Shown here piece after piece: positions 51,452 to 63,392 of a stretch of DNA of 63,392 nt. The translations under genes were made by a program, and so were the position numbers. A model generated the notes under the pieces. It worked only from the letters and a program-made list of their open reading frames with translations, had not been told where the DNA came from and made no database searches. Each line of letters begins with the position of its first letter. Position 1 is the stretch's first letter. The stretch comes from Octopus bimaculoides (taxonomy: Eukaryota), in the NCBI RefSeq assembly GCF_001194135.2, contig NC_068992.1:23180315-23243706 (forward strand). The letters run 5' to 3'.

Positions 51452-52545
51452 TTTTCAATAAGGTAAAATCTTAAATTATTAATTGACACGTTATTAATTA
51501 GCATAAAAGCATAAAACATGGATTACTTAGAAAAGTGCGAGCAAGAGAAATAATATTCTTAAGATTATAAACCTAGAAAAGTACAGGACATTATTACACT
51601 TGGAAAAGTTCAGGATAACTTATTACATCTGGTAAAGTACAGAACAAAACAAATTTCGCATAAGAGATTGCAGCTAAGAATAAAATTTGAATATTAAAAA
51701 TTATTTGATTTTAATTTACAAAGTAGCTTTATAATTAAAAAGGTACCATCATTTTGTTAAAATACTGACACAGTAGAAGACTTAAAAATGAGAGCCAGAA
51801 GTACCAATAGAGCTAAAGTTTTATGCATAGTAGATTAGTATATATGGTAGGCAAATTCATTATGTACAAAATTGGCAATAGGTCAAGATTAAAAATATGA
51901 AGTCTTGGCAATGGTTTAGGCAATAACGCAAGCAAGATGAGGACAAATATCCATCAAATGTAAATAATGTAAACAATGTACGTAATTGGTCATCTCTTAA
52001 ATATAGAACTGCATATCACTAGCATTGAACATAATAAAATGGTAATACTTCCTTTCTGAAGAAAAGCCATTATCTACTTGATCATCAAATATATCCTCAA
52101 TTGAATATTTCTGAATTCAAAAGTGTCTTAGTATTACCTCAAGAGATAACCCCATTGTGGACATTGACCGTTATACGGCTACTCCAAATAAAAAAGCAAA
52201 TATTTTATATTTGACATCTGTGTTTGATATGCTTCTGTCAACCTTCTTTTCAAGGGAAATATATTTCGACCAATTGAATATGACTGTCATTGCAAATGTA
52301 AAAGAAATATATTCAGACGTTAGGAAGTTGGTTTTCTACGTTATGCATCGATACTTTGTGGAAGAGAGCAGTAGAGACCAGCAGGGACCAGCAGGGACCA
52401 GAAGAGACTAGCAACATTATTGTCCTTTTTTCTACAAATCATGACAATTATATTCTAGACTTACAAGTGATTAGAATTACTATTAATGTATATATATGCA
52501 TGCATCCATGCATGCACACACACACACACACACAACACACACACA

Positions 52546-52578
<33 letters not shown>

Positions 52579-53049
52579 ACACACACATGCATACCTACAT
52601 AATAACTGATGTTATTTTTTCGTGCTAGAATATTAATCCGTCTGAATACGTACGCATACGTTCCTCTGACATTGTTTTATACACAATTGGTATTTCCTTG
52701 ACCCAAACTTGGTGCTTTATTATTTAGGCACCTGACACACTTAAAACCTGAAGTATTTCACATATCTCACACACACGGACACGTATATATATATATATAT
52801 ATATNNNNNNNNNNNNNNNNNNNNNNNNNNNNNNNNNNNNNNNNNNNNNNNNNNNNNNNNNNNNNNNNNNNNNNNNNNNNNNNNNNNNNNNNNNNNNNNN
52901 NNNNNNNNNNNNNNNNNNNNNNNNNNNNNNNNNNNNNNNNNNNNNNNNNNNNNNNNNNNNNNNNNNNNNNNNNNNNNTATATACATATTTTCAGACATAT
53001 GTACATACATATAACCACACGATAGTTTTGTATACGATAGTTGTCTTCA

Positions 53050-53170
53050 TCCTCAGGGGTGATTCTTTGGCCCTGGGCTATAGCAGAAATCTCTTCCCAA
53101 GGTGTCTGATAGGAGAAATTAAAAACCATTTGCTTCCAAAGTTTTATTCTTCACAGCCCATCTATGTCAA
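53050..53170 (-). mobile_element. SINE family A head, highly degenerate
   Basis: GGCCCTGGGCTATAGCAGAAATCTCTTCCCAAGGTG...TTCTTCACAGCCCAT is a decayed reverse complement of the family A head. Confidence 0.45.
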
Positions 53171-54245
53171 GAATTGTTTTCCTACTTTCTCTCCCGGCCT
53201 TGGTCACAACATTACGTAGACGTAATTCGTCTAGGTTTCAAATCTGATATTGTAGTGGCAACATAATACTTTATAATTGTGGATTTACTGCTGTTACTTC
53301 ATGTCCGTGTATCTTCTAAGCTACCTTTATTTCTCCTCTTCAGTAGTGTCTTCAGTAATCCGCCCTCAGTCCATTATTCTAATGTGTAATATTTCTGATA
53401 CTAACACATCTGTGATGTTCTCTGCACTGCTGAATGTCCACGTTCCCGACAACAAGCGTATCATTGGTTGTACTAAATTGTTGTTAGTTTTCATTTTGTG
53501 ATCATTTAGATAACCATCACAGACACATTATCTGCATGGAAACGGCACTACTGTATCCTACATATATTTCCTAGACTTCTGATTTTCGATGAACCAGTAA
53601 ATCTTTAAAACTCCAAGTTAATGTTATCTCTCAGAATCTTTATAAGAAGTTGTACATGAAAACGTAAATGTCAATTCCCCCACTTCTATCAGTGAACGAT
53701 GTAGGAAAGATATTGTCTGATTTATATCTAAAAGTTACTTCTCTCTATTCACTCTCTTCTCTAAGTGAAACCACATCGAATACATCGTATATGCGCTAGA
53801 TTTGATTAAGTAATATAGCAAGCAAATGAAGATGTACGCAAGCAATTTTTATATCAACGATTATCACTGCATCATGCTGGCATCCACGGTATATCCTTTT
53901 CTGAAGACGCAGATTTTTATTTCAAGTGCCAAAATTTTACAGAAATCGTTCTCCTAATTATATATTTTTTCTGTGCCTTATTGCCCAATAATTAGTCGCA
54001 ACCGACGTTAATAGCTTCACTTGGAAATGAAACCATTTATTTGTATAAGCGGGATATCAGGTTTTGAGTACGCTACCTTTAGTATACATTGGTGAGCAGG
54101 AGTTAGCTTGACAGTATTTTCTTCTGAAGGCAATTAATATATATCGTCTGTCTTTGGAAAATGATTGATACATGGTTCAATGATAGTATAGATGAGAATT
54201 CACCCACATAACAATGATAGTATAGATGAGAATTCATCCACACAA

Positions 54246-54505
54246 CGTCTAAAGACGCTACCTTCACTATTGCTCACGTTCAGGACCACCAAATTCCCGT
54301 CTGGGTCCCGGAAGATCGACTCTACCTCGAGATCACTTTTTTTCCTAAACAGCATTATAACTCCACCTGCTAATTCCCGGCCGACTAAGTGATGCAAAGA
54401 TCTGGTAGTCGTCGAACATGGGGACCAGTGCGCGTGTATTGGAAATTACGGTCTAACTGACAGCAATTATATCCAATTCTAGAGACCTGAAGTGGTTGAG
54501 CAGGT
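54246..54505 (-). pseudogene. L1/Tx1-type AP endonuclease fragment
   Basis: HLLNHFRSLELDIIAVS*TVI (catalytic E changed to TAG)...FDDYQIFAS, then after a frameshift GGVIMLFRKKSDLEVESIFRDPDGNLVVLNV. This matches the DIxxxxET / GVxxL / DxxGRxV pattern of LINE endonucleases. Confidence 0.75.
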
Positions 54506-56110
54506 GATAATAATATTAATAACAACAGCAACAATAAGAAGAAGAAAAATAAAAAGGAGAAGAATGATAACAAAAATAACAATTTGATAATAAACAAAAC
54601 AACGAAAATTTAACACTCAGAGTGTAATATGTGGGAACGTATTATGTTTGCAATAAGATAGAAGGTAACAATTCTATAGCAGTCTGAATGGGAAGATGTC
54701 GATATAAAATTTTATATTTGATGCTAAATGAAGAAGAAATCAGGCCTAAGAAAATTGATGTATGTATTTGGTATTCAGTACCTAGAATCCGACATAGAAA
54801 GATTATTCTTACTAGAAATATGTGAAGGTAAAATGCTCAACTGTAAAATCTCTGCTGAAGGACTACTAATTAAATAATTTAGAGAAAAAGAAAAAAAGTG
54901 TAATGCAATTAGATACCTAATAAAAGTAAAAAGAGGTTCCGTCTTCACACAAGATAACAATCATAGAATATATGTTAACATATCAGACACTTGTGGTTAT
55001 AATAGAGAAACAATGTTAGATGTTAACATAGCAATAAAATCTAAGTAAATTTGGGTTACAGAATATTGCTTTAAAACGATAGCAAGAAAAGTAGTTTGGT
55101 AAAAACTGAAAAGATTGAATACAAGAGACACAGATAATAAAATACCACTACGTTGAATGGGAAGAATAGCTGTCAAAACTCAAATTGAATGAGTTTGATT
55201 GTGGCCAGGTAAAAAGAAAAACAATGCAACAAAACCTTAAAAACAATATCAAGGAAAACTCACACTGGAAAATAGCCACATAACGTAAGGAAGCAGAATA
55301 TTGTGAGCAACTGCAGAATAAAATCAAGTGAGAGACATTAGATCTTTTCTGCCCATTCGTTCCGAAGAATACACATAGACGTAGGGCTATCATACACTCA
55401 AATTAGGGCAGTATTGCGAAGTACGGACAAAGTGAAGTTGTATAAATATACATTAGAAAAAAAAAAAAACAAGTGGCAATGCAAAAAAAGAAAGCTAACA
55501 CAAAACTGACCATAATCTAGAATATACCAATTAACACAAATATTAGTTTCAATCCAAATAAATTGATCGGATAATTATTTCATTGAACACCATTGACAGA
55601 ATGACAGAAGGTCTGCGTAGACGTTACGTGCCTTTACATGCTTAAAATCCTCAAGTCCTGATTCCCTTTTAGCGTCCCGTAGTAGAATTCAATGTATCTT
55701 AGTGGTTTAAATTTGACGAAGCACATCCATATTTAGAACTCAACGGATCCGATTCCTTACACAGAAAAAAAGATGAGTGGTATTATACAACGGCTGGGCT
55801 GGTAAGGTAGTTTATTTATAGACATCGAAGTGGGTGAAACAATATATGGTCTAAGGTCGATCTGACATCAGGAATTTAGCGCTGCAACAAAAGCCACGAC
55901 GCCTGTTATACGACGCCCTAACAAAATATACAATTCGTCCACTTAGCTACTAGTTTTTCTAGGGTTCGTTTTAAAAGAAAAGGAAGAAAAATCTATAGTT
56001 ATACACACACAAAAATAGATAGAATGTAGAGATCGAGAATAAAAAGAAATCATTCTATGACAGGAGCTTAGGAATCATTTTCAAACTCTTACATAGAAAT
56101 AAATGCGCGC

Positions 56111-56152
<42 letters not shown>

Positions 56153-56540
56153 ATGTGTGTGTGTCTGTGTGTGTGTGTGTATCTGTTGAGAGTTTGCAGA
56201 TATGCTTGCGCTGCACATAGCCTGCTCAGAGTTACTTTCGATGTTGTAGAAAACATAAAATAAATGTACAAGCTTTCTAGGACTCAGATCACCACTATAG
56301 ATACCAGCACTGAAAGAAAAAAATAAAGATATTTGCGATTAATAAGTAAAAAAACATTGAAGAATATAGAATTTTTAATTTTACGCTGTTCTAATAACGA
56401 TATATCAGAAATTAGAAGAAATGATTACCATTATTGGGAGAAATGAAATTTAAATTTGTCCTATATTTCGAATATAAGCAATATGTATATAACAAATCGT
56501 ATTTCTACTGAAAATTCACATAGTATACATAAGAGTCTAG

Positions 56541-56720
56541 AGCATTTACCCCCATGAACAATAACCCCCAAGGACAATTACCCCTGAAGACAACAGATTA
56601 TGATTTAAAACTTCTTAATATATTAGAGAGGGGGTAATTGATCAAGCGGGGTAATTGTCCTAGGGGTAGTTGTTGTCGGGGGGGGGGATTTGTGTCCTAG
56701 TGGAGTAATCGTCCTGATAC
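56541..56720. repeat. Small foldback built from GGACAATTACCCC-like sub-repeats
   Basis: Left side: GCATTTACCCC, GAACAATAACCCC, GGACAATTACCCC. Right side: GGGGTAATTGATC, GGGGTAATTGTCC, GGGGTAGTTGTTG, GGAGTAATCGTCC. Confidence 0.75.
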
Positions 56721-56787
56721 GATATATAATACTAATTTGGTCTCCTGTATAGAAATTACTCATTGGATGTTCATTATTCTATCTCAA

Positions 56788-56993
56788 TTAGGCGGCGAGC
56801 TGGCAGAATTGTTAGCGCGTCGGGCGAAATGCTTAGCGGTATTTCGTCTGCCACTAAGTTTTGAGTTCAAATTCCGCCGAGGTCGACTTTGCCTTTCAGC
56901 GTAGATAAATTAAGTACCAGTGAAACACTGGGGTCGATGTAATCGACTAGTCCCCTTCCACCAAATTCCAGGCCTCGTGCCTGTCGTAGACAG
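56788..56993 (+). mobile_element. SINE family B with 16-bp target-site duplication
   Basis: GGCGGCGAGCTGGCAGAATTGTTAGCGCG... is flanked by CATTATTCTATCTCAA (56772-56787) and CATTATTCTATTTCAA (56994-57009), with one mismatch. Confidence 0.92.
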
Positions 56994-58989
56994 CATTATT
57001 CTATTTCAAAAGAATGTGGAATGTATAATTTTTTTAAGACATTACTCAAAATGTCATATTGTTTTCTGTTCTATCTTCAAATTGTGGCAATTTTGGTCTT
57101 GGTATTCATGTCTCCGTGATTGATAGAATAAATACCTTTAAAATAAACAGCTTAATGATTAAATGCATCAATGTAGCTCCTGGCAAATAGGTAACATTGC
57201 CACTCTGACAATTCAGTATGTAAATTCTTAGCAAACAAGATCAGTGACCTACAAGGAGCGTGTACTTTTATAAAATGTTTCTAGTGATTGAATATTTGCT
57301 TATCGCAAATCTCATACTCACAATATACCAAATCAAAACTTGCTTGCTGTTGAGTATTTCTAAAATTGCATTTGTTCTAATAATGTTCCAAAGATAAATA
57401 GAAATTCCATTGATTTCTAGTCGATAATTTTATTTTTCGCATAGTAATAACTTTTACAGAATAAAAATAAAATACTTTTATCAAAGATTTTAAGAATTTC
57501 GTCTTATTTCTAGCTTCATATGTACATAATATCTGTCAGATTCAAAGCAAGCTAGAGCAATATTTCTTCTCTAATGATTTTCTTCTCCACTAGGCCACTG
57601 ACTTTCATATTTCTGTCAGGGAAAACAATTCGCAAAATTATAATCTGATTAGGCTTTCATTTAAGATATTTAGAGATTAAATTACGTCTGTATTATATGC
57701 TGATTTCATCAACATTTTTATCGTCCATATTTCCCTCTCAAGAGTCTAAATAGTACAGTAATATTGATATATTCTTAACCAAGAGAAAGCCGGAGACGTC
57801 ATAGCTCGGAGGAGATGATGTTGTTCAGCATAATAGTCAACCATGTGTATATTCTTCCTCTAATAATTTCGACTTCGAATTCAGCCAGGAGTGTGCACAG
57901 TGACTGTGGATGTATGCCTACCCCTGCAGCTTGCTACATTAAAGTACAGTAATAATAAAGTGACTACGAACATAGCCCTATTTATTTGTACTGAATAGAA
58001 GCTTTGATATAGTCTACAGAGCGTTAAGCAGATAAAATGCATTAAACATAGTCCAAATGGTCTGTAAAATCATTTTCTATGTCGCTGTTATTGTCGTTGG
58101 TTTCAAAGTCGTTGTTGTTTAGTTTGTTTAAACATATGTATGACTAACTAAAATTTCCACTGCGATTACTTACCACATTTCAGGTGAGGCTGAGTATTAT
58201 CTAAGCTAATTTAGGCGACATTTAAGGTATATTTTGGAGAGTGAGAAACTTTGAGACTAGCCACGATAACAACGATCTATGCATTTATATACCTATATTA
58301 TTCTTAAATGGTGGAGATAGAAATGTATACTGTTGTGTAGCTTATAATATTAAACCAGTCGATATGTAGCTTGAGGGAGAATTGCAGGCATATTGACTAT
58401 ATGGAACAAATGATATCGAGGCTTTCTTATTGAGAATTGAACGTATAACATTGGAGTTTCATGTATACTTAGTATATCATTGGAATATCAAAGTTTGAGC
58501 CATTTCTACGATTCTAAAGTAACACATAAATATAGAATACCACCCAAGCGATAGATGCAGTGGATCTAAATATTTTAACTCTTGTACTTTCCAAATTTAT
58601 TTTCTTTGAAATATGTTGAATCATTTCTCCTTCACCAGTTTGGAAAGTTTTTGATTAATCTAAACTGACTAATTTATAGTGGCGTCAGGTTATATTGAAG
58701 ATGTTGTGCCAACTGGCAGCTTCTGTACTGGATAATCATTATGAGCAATAGAGATACTTTGAATTACCGTTAATTAATTCCTTACAATCTCGGCCAAAAA
58801 TCCTTAATTAAAGCTGATATTTACTCATATGTATTGCTCTTCAAGAATTTAAATAATATTTTGGAATGTATAAGACATTCACATGCATGTGAAAATGTGG
58901 TGTTGAATGTATTGATCGTATTATACTAATTTCTCTGTAGAAGACGTCAGAGGTTACGTAATACATTACAAAATAATACACACATGCAG

Positions 58990-59029
<40 letters not shown>

Positions 59030-59234
59030 NNNNNNNNNNNNNNNNNNNNNNNNNNNNNNNNNNNNNNNNNNNNNNNNNNNNNNNNNNNNNNNNNNNNNNN
59101 NNNNNNNNNNNNNNNNNNNNNNNNNNNNNNNNNNNNNNNNNNNNNNNNNNNNNNNNNNNNNNNNNNNNNNNNNNNNNNNNNNNNNNNNNNNNNNNNNNNN
59201 NNNNNNNNNNNNNNNNNNNNNNNATATATATATA

Positions 59235-59490
59235 TATAAATAATAAAATATGGGACAAGAACACAAACACTTCCAGACAGTTAGGTTATGCAAGAAAGGG
59301 ACAAAACATCCAAATAGACGATACAAAGAAAACACGGACAGGTCTTTCGAAGTTTTTTTCTTCAGTCGTGATCCATATTATCCTTGCAATTTCGGCTGGT
59401 TTTTCTCGATATTGCTCCAATCTGGCCAGCCCTTATGAAAAACTAAGCTTAGAGCATTAAATTCCTTGGAATAAAGCAGCGAAGTATATA
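59235..59490. repeat. Interspersed repeat family C, longer copy
   Basis: Shares CCAGACAG.TAGGT.AT.CAA.AA.GGG.CAA.A.ATCCA with 12733-12780 and continues ~200 bp further. Confidence 0.6.
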
Positions 59491-61460
59491 TATATATACT
59501 TAACTAAATTCCATATAGTTAGTATTCCAAATATTTCAAAGATGTATCATTAACAGATTGCCATAAGTAACCGAAAATAATTGCTTGTTTGTTGTTTCAG
59601 CCTTTCTCTGGTTGTTAAATATTTCACAGGAAAAGAAAGGGTGAGAATCTTTAAACGTAGAGAAATTATTTCAGATTTCTTTATGACTGAAACATTCGGA
59701 TCGAATTTGATTCCTAAAAGTAAGAATATTTACTCAGTGAATTATCATATCACAGAATTAGAGGTAAACTTATAATGAAATGACATGAATAAATGCTCAA
59801 GAAATACGCGTCCATAATATGGATTCGTAATCATGTGCGAATATTTAAATATACACATATATTTACTAGTAACGTAAATCGTTAATTAAATAACTAACGC
59901 AATAAACAAAACATGCACCAAAATTGAAAGCTAATTAAAGTGTAATATATAAATTGGATAAATGAATAACGAAACGTATCATCTATAAATGATATATTTA
60001 CAGTCAGCTTTTAAGCATGTGCCGACATTGAAGGATATGTATGTGTTTGTATATTTAGAAAATTTAAATTCTTATGTACATCCAAGTTTAAGTTTGGGCA
60101 TTCGTCGTTCTTGTGGCAAACACAACTACGAACAGAGAAGATGGCCTTGAGGTCGACAATTTCAAATTAATGGAGACAACGTTCGTATATCGCTTGAAGA
60201 AATACAGCTAGATCTCATTCTGCCAACAAACAGTTTTATAATTAAATAACTGTATTTTTGGAAACCTACGTTGCGCCGAAACGATTGTAGCGAATAATGT
60301 ATAAATGTCCAACCTTGCTCCTTCTTATTGACTCCAATTTCTTCAATACACACACNNNNNNNNNNNNNNNNNNNNNNNNNNNNNNNNNNNNNNNNNNNNN
60401 NNNNNNNNNNNNNNNNNNNNNNNNNNNNNNNNNNNNNNNNNNNNNNNNATATATATATATATAATGGAGACATAAGCATCGTTAAAGTTAGCCCTAAAAT
60501 CCTGTATATGTCTCTATGAATATGAAATTGTACCTATGCTTTTATATATATATAGATGTATATACACACATACACACACATATATATGTGTGCGGGCTCG
60601 CGCGCGCGTGTGGGTGTGTATGGCTGTGTGTATATATAGAAGGATTTATACAACGCGAAGATGGCGGATAATAGGCTTTAATAGTTGTCCCAGCACATGT
60701 TTCTGCATTGCAACTCAAATTTCAATTGCTGAAGTGATATTCAAATACCATTATAGAAGAACGTTCTTTATAATAATAATACAGTTGAACGCCTTTCAGC
60801 AAAAGCTGCATGTGGGCGCTTCTTCAGGCCGGAATACGTTTAATTTCTGGTGGAATCTTCTGAATGCTCTGAGTAAACGATTTGCATTTCAATAAACCAA
60901 TCAAGTTGTCAGGATCCGGGGTACGCAAGCATAAACATGCGTGTTAAAATTACAATACTAAAACCAACCTGAACAATTGCAATAACACAGGCATAGCAAC
61001 ACTACGTAACAAAATTAAACATGCTACATCGCGTTTGTCAATCGTAGCAAAATCACGTGGAGGCTACAAACAGGACATATAAAGGATACGATAACATATA
61101 TCTTAATGCATAGTGTGCACCTTTGCACACGACCGTGTCATCTTTACAGCCGGTTTATAGAAAATGCAGTGACTTACACTTTCGTAACAGTATATTGCAG
61201 TCTATTCCTTCCTGGCTTACATTTTTGCTACCTGCAGGTTAGGAGAATTATGAATATATAGAAGACAAAGGACTTAGCATTACCACGTGGTGCAGATAAA
61301 GAGACATAGGTATTGTGTTAGATTTCCACTAAGAGGGTTTACTTTTATGTTATGTTTGTTCCAAGTATGTCTGCTATTGGTTGGTTTAATACGATCAACA
61401 AAGAAGCGCATATATAATTTTACGAAACAGTGAGAGAAAGAAAAAGAATATATATATATA

Positions 61461-62040
61461 GGCTCAGGGGTGACTGTGGTAAGAAGCTTGCTTCCCAACC
61501 ACATGGTTCTCGGTTCAGTCCCACTGCGTGGCCTCTTGGGCAAGTGCTTTCTGTTATAGCCTAGGGCTTACCAAAACCCTTGTGAGTGGTTTTAGTAGAT
61601 GGAAACTGAAAGAAGTCGGTCGTATATATATATATATATAATAGAGAAATTATACAAAATGTATAAATAGATGATGANNNNNNNNNNATATAATAGAGAA
61701 ATTATACAAAATGTATAAATAGATGATGAGTAAAGCACCGGCACAGTATCGATTACCTGTTGTTATCCGTAGATTTACTGCAGGAAATTCGTTATGGCTT
61801 TATGTATGCGTGTATGCATGTATATTTGTATATCTCACTGTTTGACCCCACCACCATCGTTTGGCAACAGATACTGGTGTGTTTATGTCACCGATATGTA
61901 GTGGTTCGGCAAAAGAGACTGATACAATAAGCACTAGGCTTACAAAAATAAGTCCTGAGATCGATTTGTTCGACTAAAGACGGTGCCCCAGCATGACCGC
62001 AGTCAAATGACTGAAACAAGTAAAATGAAGTATAAAAGAA
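61461..62040 (+). mobile_element. SINE family A with extra sequence and a gap inside the internal microsatellite
   Basis: Head at 61461-61625 and 3' module at 61825-62040, with ~170 bp of non-SINE sequence between them. Confidence 0.85.
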
Positions 62041-62044
62041 TTAA

Positions 62045-62077
<33 letters not shown>

Positions 62078-62094
62078 TGTATATACACATGATA

Positions 62095-62365
62095 TACAAT
62101 ATCTGATCAATAATTATCAAGAAACTACTGCCATAGTAACGAAACTAAAACACCCAGAGCAACGCCGCTAGGCACAGATTAATCTTGACCTCTGGTGTCA
62201 ATGGTCATTTAGTTTCAACGTTCTAGCCCACATTTGCTGTTTACAGCAGTGCTTGGAAGAACGGTGTGTAACGTGTGATCGTCGCATTCGCCATGACAGG
62301 GAAAGTTGAGCAGAGAATCTACATCAAATTTTGTCAAAAGTCTGGCGATACCAGCCCAGAAGCCC
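62095..62365 (+). mobile_element. Mariner 5' end fragment (TIR, 5' UTR, first ~24 codons)
   Basis: TACAATATCTGATCAATAATTATC...GCCATAGTAACGAA; ATG at 62293 (MTGKVEQRIYIKFCQKSGDTSPEA). Homologous to the minus-strand end at 63323. Confidence 0.75.
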
Positions 62366-62775
62366 CTTTCTCTACTCTTTTGCTCTTTTAATTGTATCAG
62401 TAATTTGACTGCAGCCATTCTGGAGCACCGTCTTTAGTCGAACAAATCGACCCCAGGACTTATTCTTTGTAAGACTAGTACCTATTTTACCGGTCTCTTG
62501 CCGAATCGCTAGGTTGTCAAGCGCTGGTGAGGGAGACAAACTTAGCCGCACACACAATTACCCACACACACGCATACATTCACACACACATACATACACA
62601 CTCAGATACATATATGACGGGCTTCTTTCAGTCTGCACCTACCAAATCCACTCACAAGGTTTTGCTCGACCGAGTCTATAGTAGAAATCACTGGCCTAAG
62701 GTGCCACACAGTAGGACTGAACCCGAATGGATGTGGTTGGGAAGTAAGCTTGTTACTACCCACCCACGCTGCGCC
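62366..62775 (-). mobile_element. SINE family A, full length
   Basis: Reverse complement runs from GGCGCAGCGTGGGTG...GGGTTCAGTCCTACTG to CGGTGCTCCAGAATGGCTGCAGTCAAAT. Confidence 0.9.
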
Positions 62776-62779
62776 TAAG

Positions 62780-63323
62780 AAAAGTTTTCAAAAGATGTTA
62801 CGCAATTGAAACACGAGTGCCTGTTTGTTCAGCTGAAAGCAGTTTTGGCACAAACTTGGCAGACACGCGTCTTTTACCCAAATCTTCAGTGATAATGGAC
62901 TGAACTGAACCATGACTAATCTGCATATCCTCTGATAACTCACGGGTGGTGATTCGACATTTTCATTTCACAGCTGCACGCACATCTGCGATGGTTTTCT
63001 CAGTTCTGTTGGTTGCAGGTTTCCCAGAATGTTCGTCAATATCGACATATTTCGGCCAGCTTGGAAACGTTGGAACCACTCGTACAACAGATACATCAGG
63101 TTTTGTCATGACAACTTTCTCTGTCATGGTCAATGCGATGATCACAACCTACACACTTCCCTTTCAAGCACTGTTGTAAACAACGGAAGTGAGGTAGAAC
63201 GCTAAAACGTAGTATGCGTGCACTCCAGCGTTCAAAGTGAATCATTGCCAAGCAGCTTCACACTGCGTGTGTTAGCTTCGTTACTATGGCAACAGTCCGC
63301 ATACGTATTGATCAGACCTCGTA
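62780..63323 (-). mobile_element. Mariner 5' portion (TIR plus internally deleted N-terminal transposase)
   Basis: TA|TACGAGGTCTGATCAATACGTATGCGGACTG TIR; MTEKV...VDIDEHSGKPAT...ADVRAAVK*KCRITTRELSEDMQISHGSVQSIITEDLGKRRVSAKFVPKLLS (a WVPHEL-equivalent motif). Confidence 0.88.
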
Positions 63324-63331
63324 TATATAAA

Positions 63332-63392
63332 TCCTGGGGTCGATTTCTTCGACTAAAAGACGTGCTCCAGCATGGCCACAGTGAAATGAATG
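63332..63392 (+). mobile_element. SINE family A, 3' fragment (runs off the window)
   Basis: CCTGGGGTCGATTTCTTCGACTAAAAGACGTGCTCCAGCATGGCCACAGTGAAATGA. Confidence 0.85.

Noticed and set aside
52369-52413. GCAGGGACCA-type 10-bp repeat and other short tandem repeats as CRISPR-like arrays
   Set aside because: They are contiguous tandem units with no spacers, in a eukaryotic context with no cas genes.
59333-59370. Minus-strand CACG-A-CTGAAGA...C-GAAA-GACCT-GTC-CGTG hammerhead look-alike
   Set aside because: The core and GAAA are present, but stem II is a poly-A run that cannot pair, and the pairs flanking the cleavage site mismatch.
61637-61728. ~41-bp direct repeat
   Set aside because: It is duplicated exactly across a 10-N gap, the same assembly artefact.

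Overview
AT-rich, microsatellite-dense eukaryotic DNA from a gapped scaffold (18 N-gaps). Its repeat content looks like octopus or another coleoid cephalopod; this is inferred from recognising the SINE families, not from a search. I could not recognise any host protein-coding exon, rRNA, tRNA or CRISPR array, so the window is probably intronic or intergenic. Most supplied ORFs are artefacts of microsatellites or N-runs. The window holds about 20 copies or fragments of two tRNA-derived SINE families, a near-full-length decayed mariner (DD34D), two more mariner 5' ends, an internally deleted maT-like element, several MITE/foldback elements and LINE relics. It also holds Penelope-like retroelement (PLE) material. 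The main structure is a ~3.2 kb tails-outward palindrome at 18.06-21.25 kb, made of two 5'-truncated PLE copies. The right copy keeps a stop-free 276-codon frame (linker, Zn-knuckle, GIY-YIG endonuclease). It ends in a minimal type-I hammerhead ribozyme motif with a palindromic stem III and a variant core (21161-21209). A second tails-out foldback (39.4-40.3 kb) and two more decayed hammerhead-shaped motifs in other repeat families suggest a wider set of PLE-derived, ribozyme-bearing repeats.
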